From Macrostomum lignano (taxonomy: Eukaryota), in the NCBI GenBank assembly GCA_002269645.1, contig NIVC01000778.1, positions 186,001-250,000 on the forward strand: a stretch of 64,000 nt of DNA, in the 5' to 3' direction. The notes below the pieces were generated by a model that saw only the letters and a list, made by a program, of their open reading frames with translations, was not told the origin of the DNA and searched no databases. A program made the position numbers and the translations under genes. Every line of letters begins with the position of its first letter. The first letter of the stretch is position 1. Positions 1 to 17,607 of the stretch are shown in pieces.

Positions 1-83
1 ATATTGTAAAAAACACTATCGGTGATTTACCTACCAATCATAACTATTAAATAATACGAGCTAAATAGCTAATCATACTCTAT

Positions 84-560
84 AATACCCAAATGTTCTT
101 TCGAATACCCGAATGTTCATTCTAATTCACGAATGTTCATTCTAATTCCCGAATGTTCATTCTAATACCCGAATGCTCATTTTATTCTAATTCCCGAATG
201 TTCATTCTAATACCCGAATGCTCATTTTATTCTAATACCCGAATGCTCATTTTATTCTAATACCCGAATATTCATTTTAATTCCCGAATGTTCATTCTAA
301 TGCCCGAATGTTCATTCTAATGCCCGAATGTTTATTCTAATGCCCGAATGCTCATTTTATTCTAATTCCCGAATGTTCATTCTAATACCCGAATGCTCAT
401 TTTATTCTAATACCCGAATGCTCATTTTATTCTAATACCCGAATATTCATTTTAATTCCCGAATGTTCATTCTAATGCCCGAATGTTCATTCTAATGCCC
501 GAATGTTTATTCTAATGCCCGAATGCTCATTTTATTCTAATACCCGAATGTTCATTTTAA
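84..560. repeat. Minisatellite, ~20-25 bp unit (ttctaatacccgaatgctcatt / ttctaattcccgaatgttca variants)
   Basis: Tandem copies read directly from the sequence. Confidence 0.9.
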
Positions 561-995
561 TTCTCTAATCTTCATTCTAATAGAGTAATATTTAATCTAA
601 CGACCTAGTATTTGTTGTAATTCCCTAAAACTAGTTTTAATACATTGATCTTAATTGTACAAGTTTAATCGCCACCTCTTAATCGTCATTAAAATCCTTT
701 TTTATTTACAATATTCAATTATTATAGTACTCACTAACCTTCGTCATTATCTCGATTAAATCCTCGTGATCTTCAACTATTTTTCCGAACCATTATTCAA
801 TAATGTTTTAATAATCATTTTAATATCACACATACTTTATCACTCACTAGTTAAAATTTAAAAAATCCATCGAAACTTAACTAACACCCAGTGTGAGTGC
901 ATGTAAGAGTGCTACTGTTTTTCCTGTGAAAATCTACCTTTTTTAAACCCTCATTTTCAATGTACTAATTTTCCTAATCCAAAGTCTGCACTCAC

Positions 996-4866
<3,871 letters not shown>

Positions 4867-6199
4867 TTGTAAGGCTGAAGTGAGTTTTGTAAAAGGTAAA
4901 TAGTAAAACAATCCATATTAACTGAAAATGAATATTTAAATTGAGAGACTGACCAATATGATGGTGCTTAAGATGTGGATATCTTCAAGCTACAAAAGCT
5001 AGCCGTACATAGCTAAATACTCCTTGAATGCAAGTACTTGTGCAATGTACAGAAATATACGATTGAATGCAGAAATTTTATCTACTAACGATAAGCAAAA
5101 GTAAAAATACTTTGCTGCATGTAGAACAAAGATAGCACCTGTAATTCACAGTTAGAAAAACTTCACAATAGCAATCGGGCCTGCTCAAGGTTTGTCTTTT
5201 CTTTTTCTCCTCTTTTCTTTCCATTTTTCTCTCATCTCCTTGATTTCTTCTTTATTTCCTCTCCTCTCTACCCTCCTCTGGCCCGCAGTCACGGGCTTGG
5301 TTCTCTATCTGGCTTCTAAGGTAAAAAAAAGTTTGCCGACACCTGGCATAGTTACTACCGCATACACGTACTTTTTCGCTATGATCTCTTTTTTTCGTAT
5401 GTTTTGTCGGGAGCAAATCAAGGGCCTTTACCCGCGGCAGTTCAATTCTATCTAGTTAGGCCGCTTGGCTCGAGGCCAATTTTCCTTAAGCAAGACGAAA
5501 TGCGACTGCAGGATACCAAGCCAGCTACAGTGGAGCTGTGTTTCATAGATCGACAGTTAATGATAATGCGAGTGATACGATTTTAAGCTAAGTAGCAAAG
5601 TTACAACTTCGATCTTGCTATACTCAACACATTATTTCTTTACACGTGCGTCCATTCTGTTTCCTACTTTTATAAGAAACATTTTCTTCGATAATAACCT
5701 ACTCATATGATTTTGTGCTTGTACTCGGAGAATTTCTACTACTTCTAATAACTTTTAAACGGCATACCAAACTTTAGGTAAAAGCTAATACTAAAGTTAG
5801 AGGTAATTTCTATATCGAAAGCTGTTTTGCAAGCCTGAAGCCGAAAGTTTAACTGAACATGAAAGTTAGTCTAAGCAACCGAAACAAACATACTGAGAGT
5901 ATTGCGAAGCAAAGATCATTTAAAAGAAATCGAGATAAGACTTCACAGACAAGATAAACTTATACGGTTGGCTGGGCTAAAAACTGAAAGCGGTATAAAA
6001 AACGAGCTGTGATTTCTGCAGCAAGTAAGCGCTAATAATAACATTGTTTGTCAGCCCGTTAGGCGAAACAAAACTAAATACCCTGTTTTGGAGTACCTTA
6101 TTCGCGAATACGAATAAGACAGCAGCTTTGCAGTTTTCATGACGTAAACATTAGTTTGGCACCAAACTATCAAATTTTAGGATTGACTCGAAAATCTAA

Positions 6200-8010
6200 A
6201 TGGAGTACGAGATACTGCTTAAAAACACTGGTGGCTTTGGCCGATTGCAAGTAGTCATGCTGCTGCTGTTCGGTGTACTTTGCTTCAAGGCCATGTGCGA
6301 GTTACAGTTGTTTGTACTAATGCAGTCGCAGCCTTTATATCGTTGCGCACAGCAGAACACAAGTGGATACGATCCACAAGAATATGCGGCTCACTGCAAA
6401 ATCACTCGATACTTCAACGAAAGTACAGGGGGCAACTATACCGAGGCTTGTAAAAATTTCCAGTACAGACAAGTTTACTTGAAGAAGACATTGATCCAAG
6501 AGTACGATATGATATGTGACAGAAGTATATACGCAACTGTTATGACTTCGATGTACTTTCTTGGACACGCTTTGGGAATTCTATTGAGCACGCTAGGCGA
6601 TCGAATCGGCCGTAAAGCACTCTTCTATGGAGCAGGCGCATTGGACATCCTGACGACGCTGCTTCCAGTGTTTATGCCAACCGTTGAGACGCAGATTTTG
6701 TCAAGGTTTTTAATCGGTGAGCTGTTAGTTCATTACATTCCATACGGTTTTCGGATACGAGCTATTTCATTACACAGGACACCCAGTCAAAATTTCCATT
6801 GTCTGCTTCTGTTCAAGGCATACCAACGCCGATCTTCTCACAAGGATTGCTGCTTCTGTACGAGTTGACGATGCAGGAGCACAGAGGATTAGTTGGAAAC
6901 TTTTATTGGCTATTCTGGTGCGCAGGTTACATGAGTAGTGCAATTTTGGCCTTTCTTCTGCAGGACTGGCGCAGGATCCAACTGGTCAGTTGCGCGTTTT
7001 GCATCAGCTATCCGTTTATCTACGTGTTCGTGCCAGAATCGCCAAGATGGCTGGGGCTTCGAGGACGGACTGAGGACGCTAAAAAAGTGTTCTCACAGCT
7101 GGCAAGGTGGAATGGAGTACAATGGACGCCAGATGAAAACTTCGTAAGGAACAAATGGTAGAGTTGTGTGCTTCCAGCAATCAAATTATATTATTAGTAG
7201 CTGTAATTAATTAAAACCTAAACACTTTATACTTAGGATGTAAACATTGAAGCCGAGCCAACAGGCCGAGTGCAAGAGCTATTCCAATTTTCGCAAATGC
7301 GCAAGAAGACCTTAATTTGCTTCTGGATGATGCTAGTCCTTTCATTGTGCTACTATGGCCTCTCCATAGATAGTAGCTTCATCACAGAGAATATATTCAT
7401 CAACACGGCAATAAGTGGAGCCCTGGAGATTCCAAGCTACTTGATCGCTGCTCCGTTATGCAATCTGCTTGGCAGGCGTTGGCCAACAATGACTTCTACC
7501 GCAGTGAGTGGCGCCTGTATCATTGTATCCGCTTTTCAAGCATACGGTGTCGCCAAGTTGGTTGTTGCGATTATTGGTGAGTCTTACTGATCGAGTCGCT
7601 TATGGGGCCTTAGGCTTAGTTAGTTCAATATTTAAACAACTTCCGCAGGCAAGACGCTACTAACGACAGCCTTCTCAATCATGAGCATTCTTGCTGCCGA
7701 ATTGTTTCCAACTTCCGTACGCAATACTGGCATGTTTTTAACGCTTCTGCTCAGCGCCCTGCTCACAACAATATCGCCAGTAATTGGCAGTTTAACCACC
7801 ATAGAACCCTGGCTACCTGGCTTACTATTTGGCGGATTAGCAGCCATAAGCTCTGTGCTGATCTACGTACTGCCTGAGACGAGCGGTCTGCCTCTACCGG
7901 AGACTGTTGAGCAAAGTGAAGCCCTGTACCACGCAAGTGAGACTGTATGGCTGAAGTCTCGTACCAATACAAGACAAAACCGGAGCTCCATTATTCCAAT
8001 AGTAAATTAA
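6200..8010 (+). CDS. SLC22-family (organic cation/anion) MFS transporter, ~514 aa, 4 exons
   Basis: Exons 6200-6716, 6818-7143, 7237-7576 and 7649-8010 join in frame (1545 nt) with GT-AG introns. Motifs: large loop 1 with Cys and EYDMICDR, DRIGRK, VPESPRWL, ELFPTSVRNTG, LPETSGLPLPET. Confidence 0.92.
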
Positions 8011-8966
8011 CACAAAAACAATACAAACAGAAAAGGATGCTTGAAACACGAGCTTAATATATGATTTGCGACTGAAAACTAATGCCTAATGAGCTAATTT
8101 TGTTCGATATACTCGTAAAGTAAAAAAACAACATACAGCAACTGTGGTGCAAAAAACGGACGGTAAAAACCGTTAATTTTTTATTTCTTTTTAAATATTC
8201 AGCAAGCGCAACCGTGTGCAGTTATAACGCGAAAAAATCGATAGAAAATGTTTGCGATAAACTGGAGAGACAGTTTTTGGGTTGCACAGATATTCAACAC
8301 TAAGTTAAGCTGCTTCTGAACGTTAAATGATTCAATTGTGCTAAGAGAAAGAAATGAAAAAATGTCACTTCTTATATAATAAATACTGAAGCATATTGCC
8401 AAAAAGAATTAATTAAATTCATTGATAAAAACAGGAAATTAATAAATGGATAGGAATACTCAGATAAATAAACAATTGACTAGATAATAAGATAAGTGGC
8501 CAAATAAGCTAAATAAAAGTACGTATTATTAGAGTTGACAACACAATAGTGAAATGAATACAATATTATGATGAGCTGAGCATAGAGTAGTGAATATAAC
8601 TGTTTATAGTGTAAACATGATGTCTAGTTAATCGATTCAAAAAAGAATCCAAACTATGTTATACTGTATTAGTTGCATTTTTAATGATTCTATTATTAAT
8701 TTATTATCTTTTTCAAAATCGATTGACTAGGGCACAATTACGCTGTTAGGCTATTAAACCAATAAGACTACTATAATTGTTTATAAGCGGTGCATATGCA
8801 ATGTATTAATATATAAGTTGCGCATAAATAATTTATATTTATTGTATTCCAAACATCGATAAATTTTGTTATTCAGAACTCATAATTTCTACGATCCGTT
8901 TATAATCAGGTTAGACTAAATGAACGCGTCAATATTTGAACGCTAATAATTAGAAACTTGCGCAAT

Positions 8967-11900
8967 TCATTCGTTCTTCTTTTCTTTGGTCTTGCCGGCA
9001 GTTGACGACGACCCATTGTTGTTAGGTGCGGCGCTGGCTTGGATCGGTTTACCGCTAGTCGTAGCCCGTTTCAGGGCATCGGCCAAGCCGCCGAGAAACA
9101 GCGAGCAGAAAATGTTCTCAAACGGTAAGAACGGATCGTGTATGCCAATTATCATTGACGATAATCTGGAGAACAAATCGAGTGCGTTATTTGGATAGTG
9201 CACGACTAGGTTGTCATTGGACGTGGTTGTGGTGTTAATCAAGTATTAAAAAGATAGAAGATTTTCATTTATTCAGTACAAAAATTGTTAATGTTTTTGA
9301 TGAGAGGCAGATTTAATTTCATCTTCCGATATGTCTTGCCGTTCTTACAGCTCTATTTGATATTTGTAAAGCCTTTTATTCAGAAAATTAGGATTGTATG
9401 TGTTAATTTTATATTCTACGTACACGTCTTGTCCCTAAAAATCATAAGAATGGCTGGCACAGCTCGACTCATAATTTTATGAATCTATTTTATCATTTCT
9501 GTTAGACATTGTTACACAGTCAGCTAAGAATGGTAAAATAGATTTATAAAATCAATGAGCCAAGCCATCCCATTTAAATGGTCCCATTTAAGTGAAACAG
9601 GATATAAACAGATGATTGCGATAAAGAAACTGCTGCAGTTCTCTCACTTGAAATACACTAAAAACATAATTGCGCCAAGGAAGATGTTCTCGTGCGTAGA
9701 CGGAACGTTTCCAATCTTCTCTAATAGAAAAGCCAACGAAATGAAAACGCTGGCCTTGGTAGCGCTGAAAAATTTAATTAAAAAGACTTTTTATCTTGTT
9801 TATTGAAGATTAACTATAAAAAGAAGAAAAAATAAAACATTGATTATCTTACAAAGATGGCTGCAAAAACTCGTTGCTAGCTGGAATCCATATCCCTCTA
9901 ATTAGACGTTCGAATAGCCTCATCTCCAGGTAGCCGGAACCTTGTTTTTTAATTATATTATATATATTTTTTTAAATATTTTATAGTAGGCTCATTTATG
10001 CCTGCATTTGAAAATCTAATATTTGGTACAGCACAGCACATTGGTACAGCACGTACAGGTACAGAACATACTGTACGCAGACAGGCACTCATACACACGC
10101 TCAGATAATGTGTACAGCGGTCCAGGCTATTTAATCGACCGACATGTACATTCTTTGTGTCTGAGTGATTGTCCAATTACAAACAAAATATTCACTGGTT
10201 AATTCAGGGGTTGACAAACTCTTTATCTCCAGCGCCAAAGGGAGAACCCAGCGCATGAATGTGGGTCAGAGAAGTGGAGCTAGGAGATGGAAGAGAAAAT
10301 AGACGACTGGAGAGAAAACAAGGAAGAGAAGTAGAGACAGGAGAGAGGAAAGAGAGGAGAGATTAGAGGAAAGAGGGGAGGAGACGAGAGGAGAGAGAGG
10401 AGAGAGGAGAGATTAGAGGAAAGAGGGGAGGAGACGAGAGGAGAGAGAGGAGAGAGGAGAGATTAGAGGAAAGAGGGGAGGAGACGAGAGGAGAGAGAGG
10501 AGAGAGGAGAGATTAGAGGAAAGAGGGGAGGAGACGAGAGGAGAGAGAGGAGAGAGGAGAGGAGAGAAGAGAGGAGAGGAAAGAGGGGAGAGGAGGAGAG
10601 GAGAGGAAAGAAGAGGAGAGAAGAGGAGAGGATAGAAAGGAGAGAAGAAAGGATAGGAGAGAAAGGAGAGGAGAGGAGAGGAAAGAGAGGAGATAGGAGA
10701 GGAGGAGAGAGAAGAAGAGAAAGGGGGGAGAGGAGAGAGGAGAGGAAAGAGAAAAGGAGAGGAGATAGGAGAGGAGAGAGGAGAAGAGGAGAGAGGAGAG
10801 AAGGGAGATGATAAAGAGGAGAGACGAGAGAAGAGGAGAGGAGAAGAGAAGACAGAAGAAAGGAGAGAGGATAAGAAGAGAGGAGAGAGGATAAGAAGAG
10901 AGGAGAGAAGAGAGGAGAGGATAGAGAGGAGAGGAGAGAGGGGGGAAAGGCGAGGAGAGGCGAGAGGAGGAGAGAGGAAAGGAGAGGAGAGAGGAGAGGA
11001 GAAAAGATCTGAGAGACACCAACCTTCAGCGGGCCGGATTGCTATACTGTGAAGTTTCAAAGTACCCGAGGGCCGAGCTTTTGCCGACCCTTCGGTCAAT
11101 TGATCTGTTAAAAAAACGCAACTAACAATCTAGCAATAAAAGTTGGAAGCAAAGCAAAAAACTCACCTTTAACAACGCCGATAGCAATCACAATCAGGTA
11201 GGCATTCGGATACAATTTATAAGCAACACCAACACCGTCGTAGATTTTACGCGTCCTGTGCACCTCTTTGACAATGCACACGACTAGGTGCATGGGAGCG
11301 AATTTGGCCAATTTGTAGGCCAAATCAAACGGGAAATAGTTGATCACGTACCTGTATTGTATAGCCACCATGATGTTATCATGTACATTGGTTAAAATGA
11401 CAAAAAACTAATAGTTCAGCTACTTATTTTAATTTCTAGGACTTTTTAAGAAAGTAAAAGGACCACAAATAGTACAGAAACCTTGGATCATTAATTCTTT
11501 ACTGATGTAAATTTAGAAACTATGTGTATCAGGGATCATATTATATGCAATTTTTGACTAACGCTGACGTAATTTCGCAAAGTCAATGTCCCACAGCCAG
11601 CACGTTGAGGCAGTTCCACTTATTCCGCTGACTCCTGGGCAGCATACAAGTGCAACAATACTGTACGCAGGCACGCACTCACACGCACTCACACGCTCAC
11701 ACAGGGTGTACAACAGCCCTGAGTGCAGTCTAATCGTCAGGCATGTGCACTCTCTGTGCCTTGGGGGCTGGCCCTCATATGGCCCTCAATCATACATGCG
11801 CAACACCCAACCAACCCGGCCAGCTGGCGAGGGACCCAGCCAAAATAGTCGCAAAAATGCCCACCCGAAAAATACACGTACTAATTAGATGCCGAGGCAT

Positions 11901-14900
11901 TTAGCCTTAATATAAGATAGTCATAGTTACTTCTGCCGTTTATCCAAAACTGCATTAATTAAATTTCTGCTATAGGTTTCTTTGACAAGTAAGTCGCAAA
12001 AAGTGTCGCATGGCCTGTGTAAATCGGGAGGGGGGGGGTTGCGCATGTATGCCCCTCCATCAATAAACTTAGGCTTTGTGATGATACCTCCTACTTATAA
12101 CAGTAGTGACACAATCAAAAGTGACCATGAAAGTAGTCACGGGACAATATTGAAGCCATAAATATTTTAGCTTGAAAAGTGCACAAATAAACAAATGTAA
12201 TTGTCAATTGCATTAAAGCAGAGCATACCAGATAGCAGTAGCCAGCAGAATATCCTTATGGTGCTTAAATGGTGTCACTAGTGATTCGCCAATCAGCAGA
12301 TTGCCCAGAATAGAACCAGAGAAGCACATTAGCATGCTGGCCAGCCAACAAGCGAATGGATGCCGACGAGAAAATGCAGATGTTCCTGCATTAACAAAAT
12401 ATACATTGTTTTAACTTGACAGTTGCTGGGCTAATCACATAATATATGTGCCAATAACACCAAATACATCGCTTAAAAATGACTATGACGATTTTAATGC
12501 ATATTAAAATACAAGTGATGTTTAGAAAGTAGAATAACTTTTATTTGTAATTAATTGATAGTAAAACTTGCAGACCTACACATCTGGCAATGCTACAAAA
12601 ACTTAAACTCAAATTTCTTTCGGATTTATAGGTTCAAAGATATAGTTAGTTAAATGGACCAACCATGATTGATCCCAGACTTATACAACTTTGTGGATCT
12701 GCAAAAATTACAATATATAGTGCCTTGAAGCTTTGAAAATTTTAATAGATGCTCTTTTTACATGTAGTAATATATATATATATATCTATAATTGTCTTTT
12801 AGGAATTTAAAATTACCTTCACAATGTGCTTGAGTCTTGAGTCTTGAACATACATACCCAACACCTAATTGACCCATTTAAACTGGATGGGTAAAATAGC
12901 TGCTGGCCAAGGTAAGTTGCAAAATTGAAAACATGAAAAATAAAAAATTGGGAGAAGAAAGAAAGGAGAGAAAGAGAAAATGAAAAGAAAGGAAGAAGAA
13001 GAGAGAAGGGAAAGAAGAGAGAAAGAGAAGAAAAAAGAAAAAGGCAAGAATTGTCATATACAAAGTGAAAATTAAGTTGCAATTGGGAAGAACTGAGTCA
13101 CAAATCTAGACAAAACTAAGTGGCACAGGATAGGTGAAATTTTGAGGTTGGGCATGTATGGTCTTAAACTACATTATGCCCAATTCATTTATAGAATATA
13201 GACTAAATGTGCTATATATAAAAGTCCATTGTAGTTCCTGTTTAGATCATCTGAAACAATAGCCATTCAACCCATAGACTTGCATAATTGCCAATTAGAT
13301 TGGCTATTTAGTTGAAACTGTGGCATTCTTTTATCCTACAATCCTTGATTTTGCTCAGTTTTATTATATGATCCTTAATAAAAATGAATGAAAAAGGTAA
13401 TATAACTCTACCTTGTTCTACATTTTCCAATTAATTATAAGTTGCTCAACTTAGCAATGCATCAAACAAAAAACAACACACATTGTAATACCAGCATAAG
13501 GGCCTAGTTTTGAGAATGCTGGGCATGGACTCATTTTTTTCAGCATGCATTTGTAGGCCCTAATTATTCAATTTTTGTTCAAGCATGCACTCTTAGTATG
13601 ATTTAGACTATGGTAAAGGAGTTGGCCTCATACATTTGCAACCTCCAAAATTGGGTTGGCCGTGCAACTTAGTTTTAACAAAATGCGACATAGTTTTTTG
13701 CCAAAAATGTGACTTACATGTAAAAAAACTGTAAAGCAAATTTAACCCAACTTTGGGTAAACAGCAGGAGTAATCTTACTATCTTACTGAACCGAAATGC
13801 CTCGTCAGCTACTTAGTACTACTACTTAGGTTTTTTTGGGTGGGCATTTTTGCAACTTCCTTGGTTGGCCACCAAATTGGTCAGCTAGATCGGCTGACTT
13901 GGCTGATTGTTGCGCATGTATGGTTGGCCTTGTGTATTTTTTATCCCATATTCTATAACATACATGCCCAACACCTGTCCAACCTGTCTGAACTGGACAG
14001 GTGAAATGGCTGCTGGCCAAGGTAAGTCACAAAATCGAAAACGCAAAAATTAAAAAATTGGGAGAAAGAAAGGAGAAGAAGAGAAAGGGAAAAGAAAGGA
14101 GGGAGAAAAGAGAGGGGGAAAGAGGAGAAAGATAGAAAAAGAAAAGAAAAGAGAAAAAGGCAAGAAAAGTCATATACAAAGTGAAAATTAAGTTGCAATT
14201 GGGAGGAACTAAGTGGCAATCGGGAGGAACTAAGTCGCAATCGGGAGGAACTAAGTCGCAATCGGGAGGAACTAAGTCTCAATCGGGAGGAACTAAGTCG
14301 CAATCAGGAGGAACTAAGTCGCAATCGAGAGAAACTAAGTTGCAATTGGGAGGAACTAAGTTGCAATTGGGAGGAACTAAGTCGCAATCAGGAAGAACTA
14401 AGTCACAATCAGGAGGAACTAAGTTGCAATCGGGAGGAACTAAGTCGCAATCGAGAGAAACTAAGTAGTCTTGAATCCCATATTCTAAATCATAAATCGT
14501 CTTAAAATCCTCTGTAAAGCCTTTCAAATACCATATTTTGTTTTCCCTGTTTGCAAAAACTGACTTCCATTGTCCAGACTCAGACTCTCATGTCTCCTCT
14601 CTGCATTCTCGCCGTTACTCTCTATTATTACTCTCCCTCTTTATTTATCTCTTCTCTCTCGTGTTTTGTCTGTACCCTTTCCTGTCTCCTGTCTCCTTTC
14701 TTCTCTCTTATTTCTCCCCTCTTCTCTCCTCTCTCATATCTTATCTCTACTCACTTATCTATTGTCTCTCCTATACCTTCTCTCTTCTCTTTTCTTTCTC
14801 TTCTCTGCTCTCGTTTATCATATCTCTTATACCCTCTCCTTTCTTATCTCCCATTTTTCTTGCTTCCTTTCTACCATCTCGATTCTATCTTCTCCCCTTT

Positions 14901-16633
14901 GTCTCTTCTCTTCTCTAATCTCTAATCTCTTCTCTCTCTTATTTTCTTAATCATATCTTTTCTCATCGCATCTTTCATCTATCCTCTCTGCACTCTTACC
15001 TTTACCCTCTTTCTTTCTCCTCACTACTTTTTTCTCTTAACTCAATCATCTCTGATCTTTCATCTCTCTCCTCTTTTTTATTTCAGCTGTATGCTCTTAT
15101 CCCTCCTTTCTTCTCTCATCTCTCCTGTCTCCTCTCTGCTATCTCATAACTCCCCTCTCATCCCCACTCTCCTCTTATCTTCTTTCTCCCTCTTCATTCC
15201 TACCTTACACCACTCTTCTCTCCCATCTGTCATTTCTAATCTGTCCTCTCTCATATCTACTCTCTTTTCTATCATCTCTCCTTTTTTGTTCACTCATCTC
15301 TATACTTTCTCTTCTCTGACTCATTTAATGTGCCAAATCCATTGAAATCCTTTCTGTAAAAATGAACTCTATCAAAATCTCTCCATAAAACTGAACTTTA
15401 TCAAAATCTTTTCATGAGACTAAATTTCATCAAAATCCCTTTTGATAAATTAAAAATATATCTTTTTTTGGATGACTCAAAGAATGACTCAAAGAATGTA
15501 CACCTATATATATAGGTGTACATATGAGTGTATATATACAAGTTAGTTTGCCAGACATACAGTACAGTATATAGGGAATATAGCCTACATGGTACAGGGT
15601 ACAGTGCAGTTTAGTACTGCATAAGTGAATGATAAATCAATCGGAAAAGAGAGTGAAGGTAGGAAAAGAGAAGAGAAATGAGAAATAAGAAGAGAAAAGC
15701 TTTGACTTCCATTTTTCAATAAGCACAAGCACGCAACGCGTGCTCCCCCCCCCCCCCCCCCCCCCCTCCGGTCTTTTAGTGTGGTGGCGCATAGGTAAGT
15801 CGCAAATCTGGACAAAACTAAGTCACACTGGATGGGTGAAATTTTGAGGTTGGGCATGTATGTTCTATAAACCATAAAGGAATAATAAAAAACTTCTAAA
15901 TATTGAAATATATAATGATATTATGTAAGTGTAGCTTGTCTAACAAATAGTAGGAAAATAAACGTCAACAAAAACATAAAAAGTAAACTTTGTTTAATTC
16001 TACCCAACATGTTTTGTCAAACACAAGACATTGTCAGGGCAAATTCAATCAACCTAAGATCACACCACCAATAGGCCTTTTTTAAAGCAAAAATCACTGT
16101 ACAGTCCAGAGGCGGGTCAGAACAGTCCGGTAGAATTAAGAAAGTGCCAAGTACACAACAAAGTGAGAGAGAGAAAAAAAATAATAAATAGGCACGGCTC
16201 TGCTCACAGTACTCTTAGCTCACGCTCCACCCCATTGCCAGCAAGCTGCACATTCAGGTTGGGTTTGTGGCATTGTGCATTCTGATATACAAAGCTTTGA
16301 TAGTTTGATAATCTTTGAAATCTCTCTCACTTTGTTGTGTAATAATATTATTATAGTATAGGCCTATTTCAGTATTTGTAATACTGATATTACAATAGTT
16401 GAATAATATTAATATTGTTGAATAATATTAATAATATTAATATTGATAGTTAGTAGGTAAGCTATATATTATTGTTGCATTGATTTTATAGTACCTGCTG
16501 ACTGTGCTGTGTCTTCCTTTACAATGGAGCACATTAAAATATAATGAGCAGCGTCAAAGAACGGATACATATTGACGCGTTGCAAAGTCTTTGAGACTTC
16601 CATTATTGTACTGGAAATGTCTGACAACATCAT
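8967..16633 (-). CDS. TMEM38: Trimeric intracellular cation channel (TRIC/TMEM38), ~294 aa, 6 exons
   Basis: Exons 16633-16495, 12385-12229, 11351-11167, 9940-9853, 9764-9648 and 9165-8967 join in frame (885 nt). Motifs: MYPFFDAAHYIL, SRRHPFACWLASML, KEVHRTRKI, KGSG, RGIWIPASNEFLQPSFATKAS, DPFLPFENIFC. Confidence 0.92.
10060..10172. mobile_element. Degraded copy of the dispersed hairpin element (TMEM38 intron 3)
   Basis: Shares tactgtacgcag, GTGTACAGCGG and CATGTACA..TGTG with the other copies. Confidence 0.5.
10260..11012. repeat. GA-rich low-complexity tract including an exact 60-bp unit repeated about 3x
   Basis: Rows starting at 10381, 10441 and 10501 are nearly identical. The rest is (GA/GGA)-rich. 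Confidence 0.9.
11621..11790. mobile_element. Diverged copy of the dispersed hairpin element, interrupted by a hAT MITE
   Basis: attccgctgactcctgggcag...CACAGGGTGTACA..CCTGA-loop-TCAGG-CATGTGCAC..CTGTG...ggccctcaat. Confidence 0.65.
11791..12051. mobile_element. hAT-type MITE (subfamily A)
   Basis: Perfect 14-bp TIR CATACATGCGCAAC / GTTGCGCATGTATG. Imperfect TSD (ccctcaat / ccctccat, offset by one base). Interior similar to 13629-13922 and 18890-19123. Confidence 0.8.
12849..13160. mobile_element. hAT-type MITE (subfamily B), 312 bp
   Basis: TIR CATACATACCCAAC / GTTGGGCATGTATG. 8-bp TSD gtcttgaa / gtcttaaa (1 mismatch). Confidence 0.85.
13629..13922. mobile_element. hAT-type MITE (subfamily A, reverse orientation), 294 bp
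   Basis: TIR CATACATTTGCAAC / GTTGCGCATGTATG. Perfect 8-bp TSD gttggcct (13621-13628 and 13923-13930). Confidence 0.88.
14185..14468. repeat. 21-bp minisatellite (ggaggaactaagtcgcaatcg) inside the hAT element
   Basis: Tandem copies visible. A related single motif exists in the 312-bp copy (gggaagaactgagtcacaaat). Confidence 0.9.
14590..15320. repeat. CT-rich low-complexity tract
   Basis: Pyrimidine-rich composition, producing spurious Leu/Ser ORFs. Confidence 0.85.
16152..16341. mobile_element. TA-flanked MITE (Tc1/mariner type)
   Basis: 21-bp perfect inverted repeat TACACAACAAAGTGAGAGAGA / TCTCTCTCACTTTGTTGTGTA with terminal TA. Confidence 0.7.
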
Positions 16634-17607
16634 TCACAATCTAAACCTTATGTTTTATTGCACTCTGTACAAGAACAACAGGTTGCAGCAATTTTCAGTT
16701 GAATACTGAATATCGATTAAAAATGTTGGCTAACAGGTTTGAGAAAAGGGTAACGAAATATCTTGCGAAAGGCTTCAGAGGTCAGAGGAACGAACAACAA
16801 TAATAAAACAGGACGAAATTTATTATCTGATTATTGAGATACTATTTTAAAGAGTTCTTAGAAGAATATTCTCAATGTTTACTGAACTACTTTAAAAAAA
16901 TATTTTAACAGAGTTATCGTTTGCAAATAACATTCTAGTATCTAATTGCATTTTAAGAGCATATCGTTAAAAAGTTGCTTAACTACTTGTTTTAAGTTTC
17001 TCTAAGCGGTGTTTTAAAATATAATTTTTCTTAGATTTTTAGTGGTCATATAAATAAAATATTTCATAAAATTAGTCTAGGGGCTTCTCGGTGTTTATTA
17101 CGGCTCGCACCTCGCAGCCGGGTAGTTTTCACTCTAAACGTGCTAAAACTCAACTTTTGTTTGTAGTCTAGGTATTTTGTGTCATAGTTGTGTCATTAAA
17201 TGTCAAATTTTAAAATCGTTTAACATTTTTTTGTTTTCTTGTAGGCTAGGCCTAATGAAGCTTCATTTTAGGATGCCTTTTTCAAAGTAGTACTCGTGTG
17301 CCTAATTCAATGTTGAGTTATCCTTGTAAGCTTGTAAGTGTAAATGATTATTGATTATTGGCTCTTATTTAGGTAGCCTAGGCCTATTTCGTATTTCCAG
17401 TATATTATTATTAAATTAATATTTCATTTTAGTGTTGCAATAATAAATGACCTTTGTTTGCGTTTCAATAAGAAATTACTTTTTTGAATTGCATAAAGGA
17501 CCCTTTTTGGCTAATAATAGGGCTGATTATTTATCTTTCTTGCCTTAAATTGCCTAGGCCCTATACTATTTACAGTGGAAAATCAATATACAGAAACATT
17601 TGTTAAA

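Larger units (their letters stand above)
13959..15862. mobile_element. hAT-type non-autonomous element (subfamily B) expanded to 1.9 kb
   Basis: Perfect TIR CATACATGCCCAAC / GTTGGGCATGTATG and perfect 8-bp TSD ttctataa (13951-13958 and 15863-15870). Both ends align to the 312-bp copy. Confidence 0.88.

Noticed and set aside
11030-11104. Short open segment with splice-like borders in TMEM38 intron 3
   Set aside because: The translation is not TRIC-like, and the expected GSG...RGIW exon is at 9940-9853.
10413-15345. Leu/Ser/Phe-rich hydrophobic ORFs
   Set aside because: They are artefacts of GA/CT low-complexity tracts inside TMEM38 introns.
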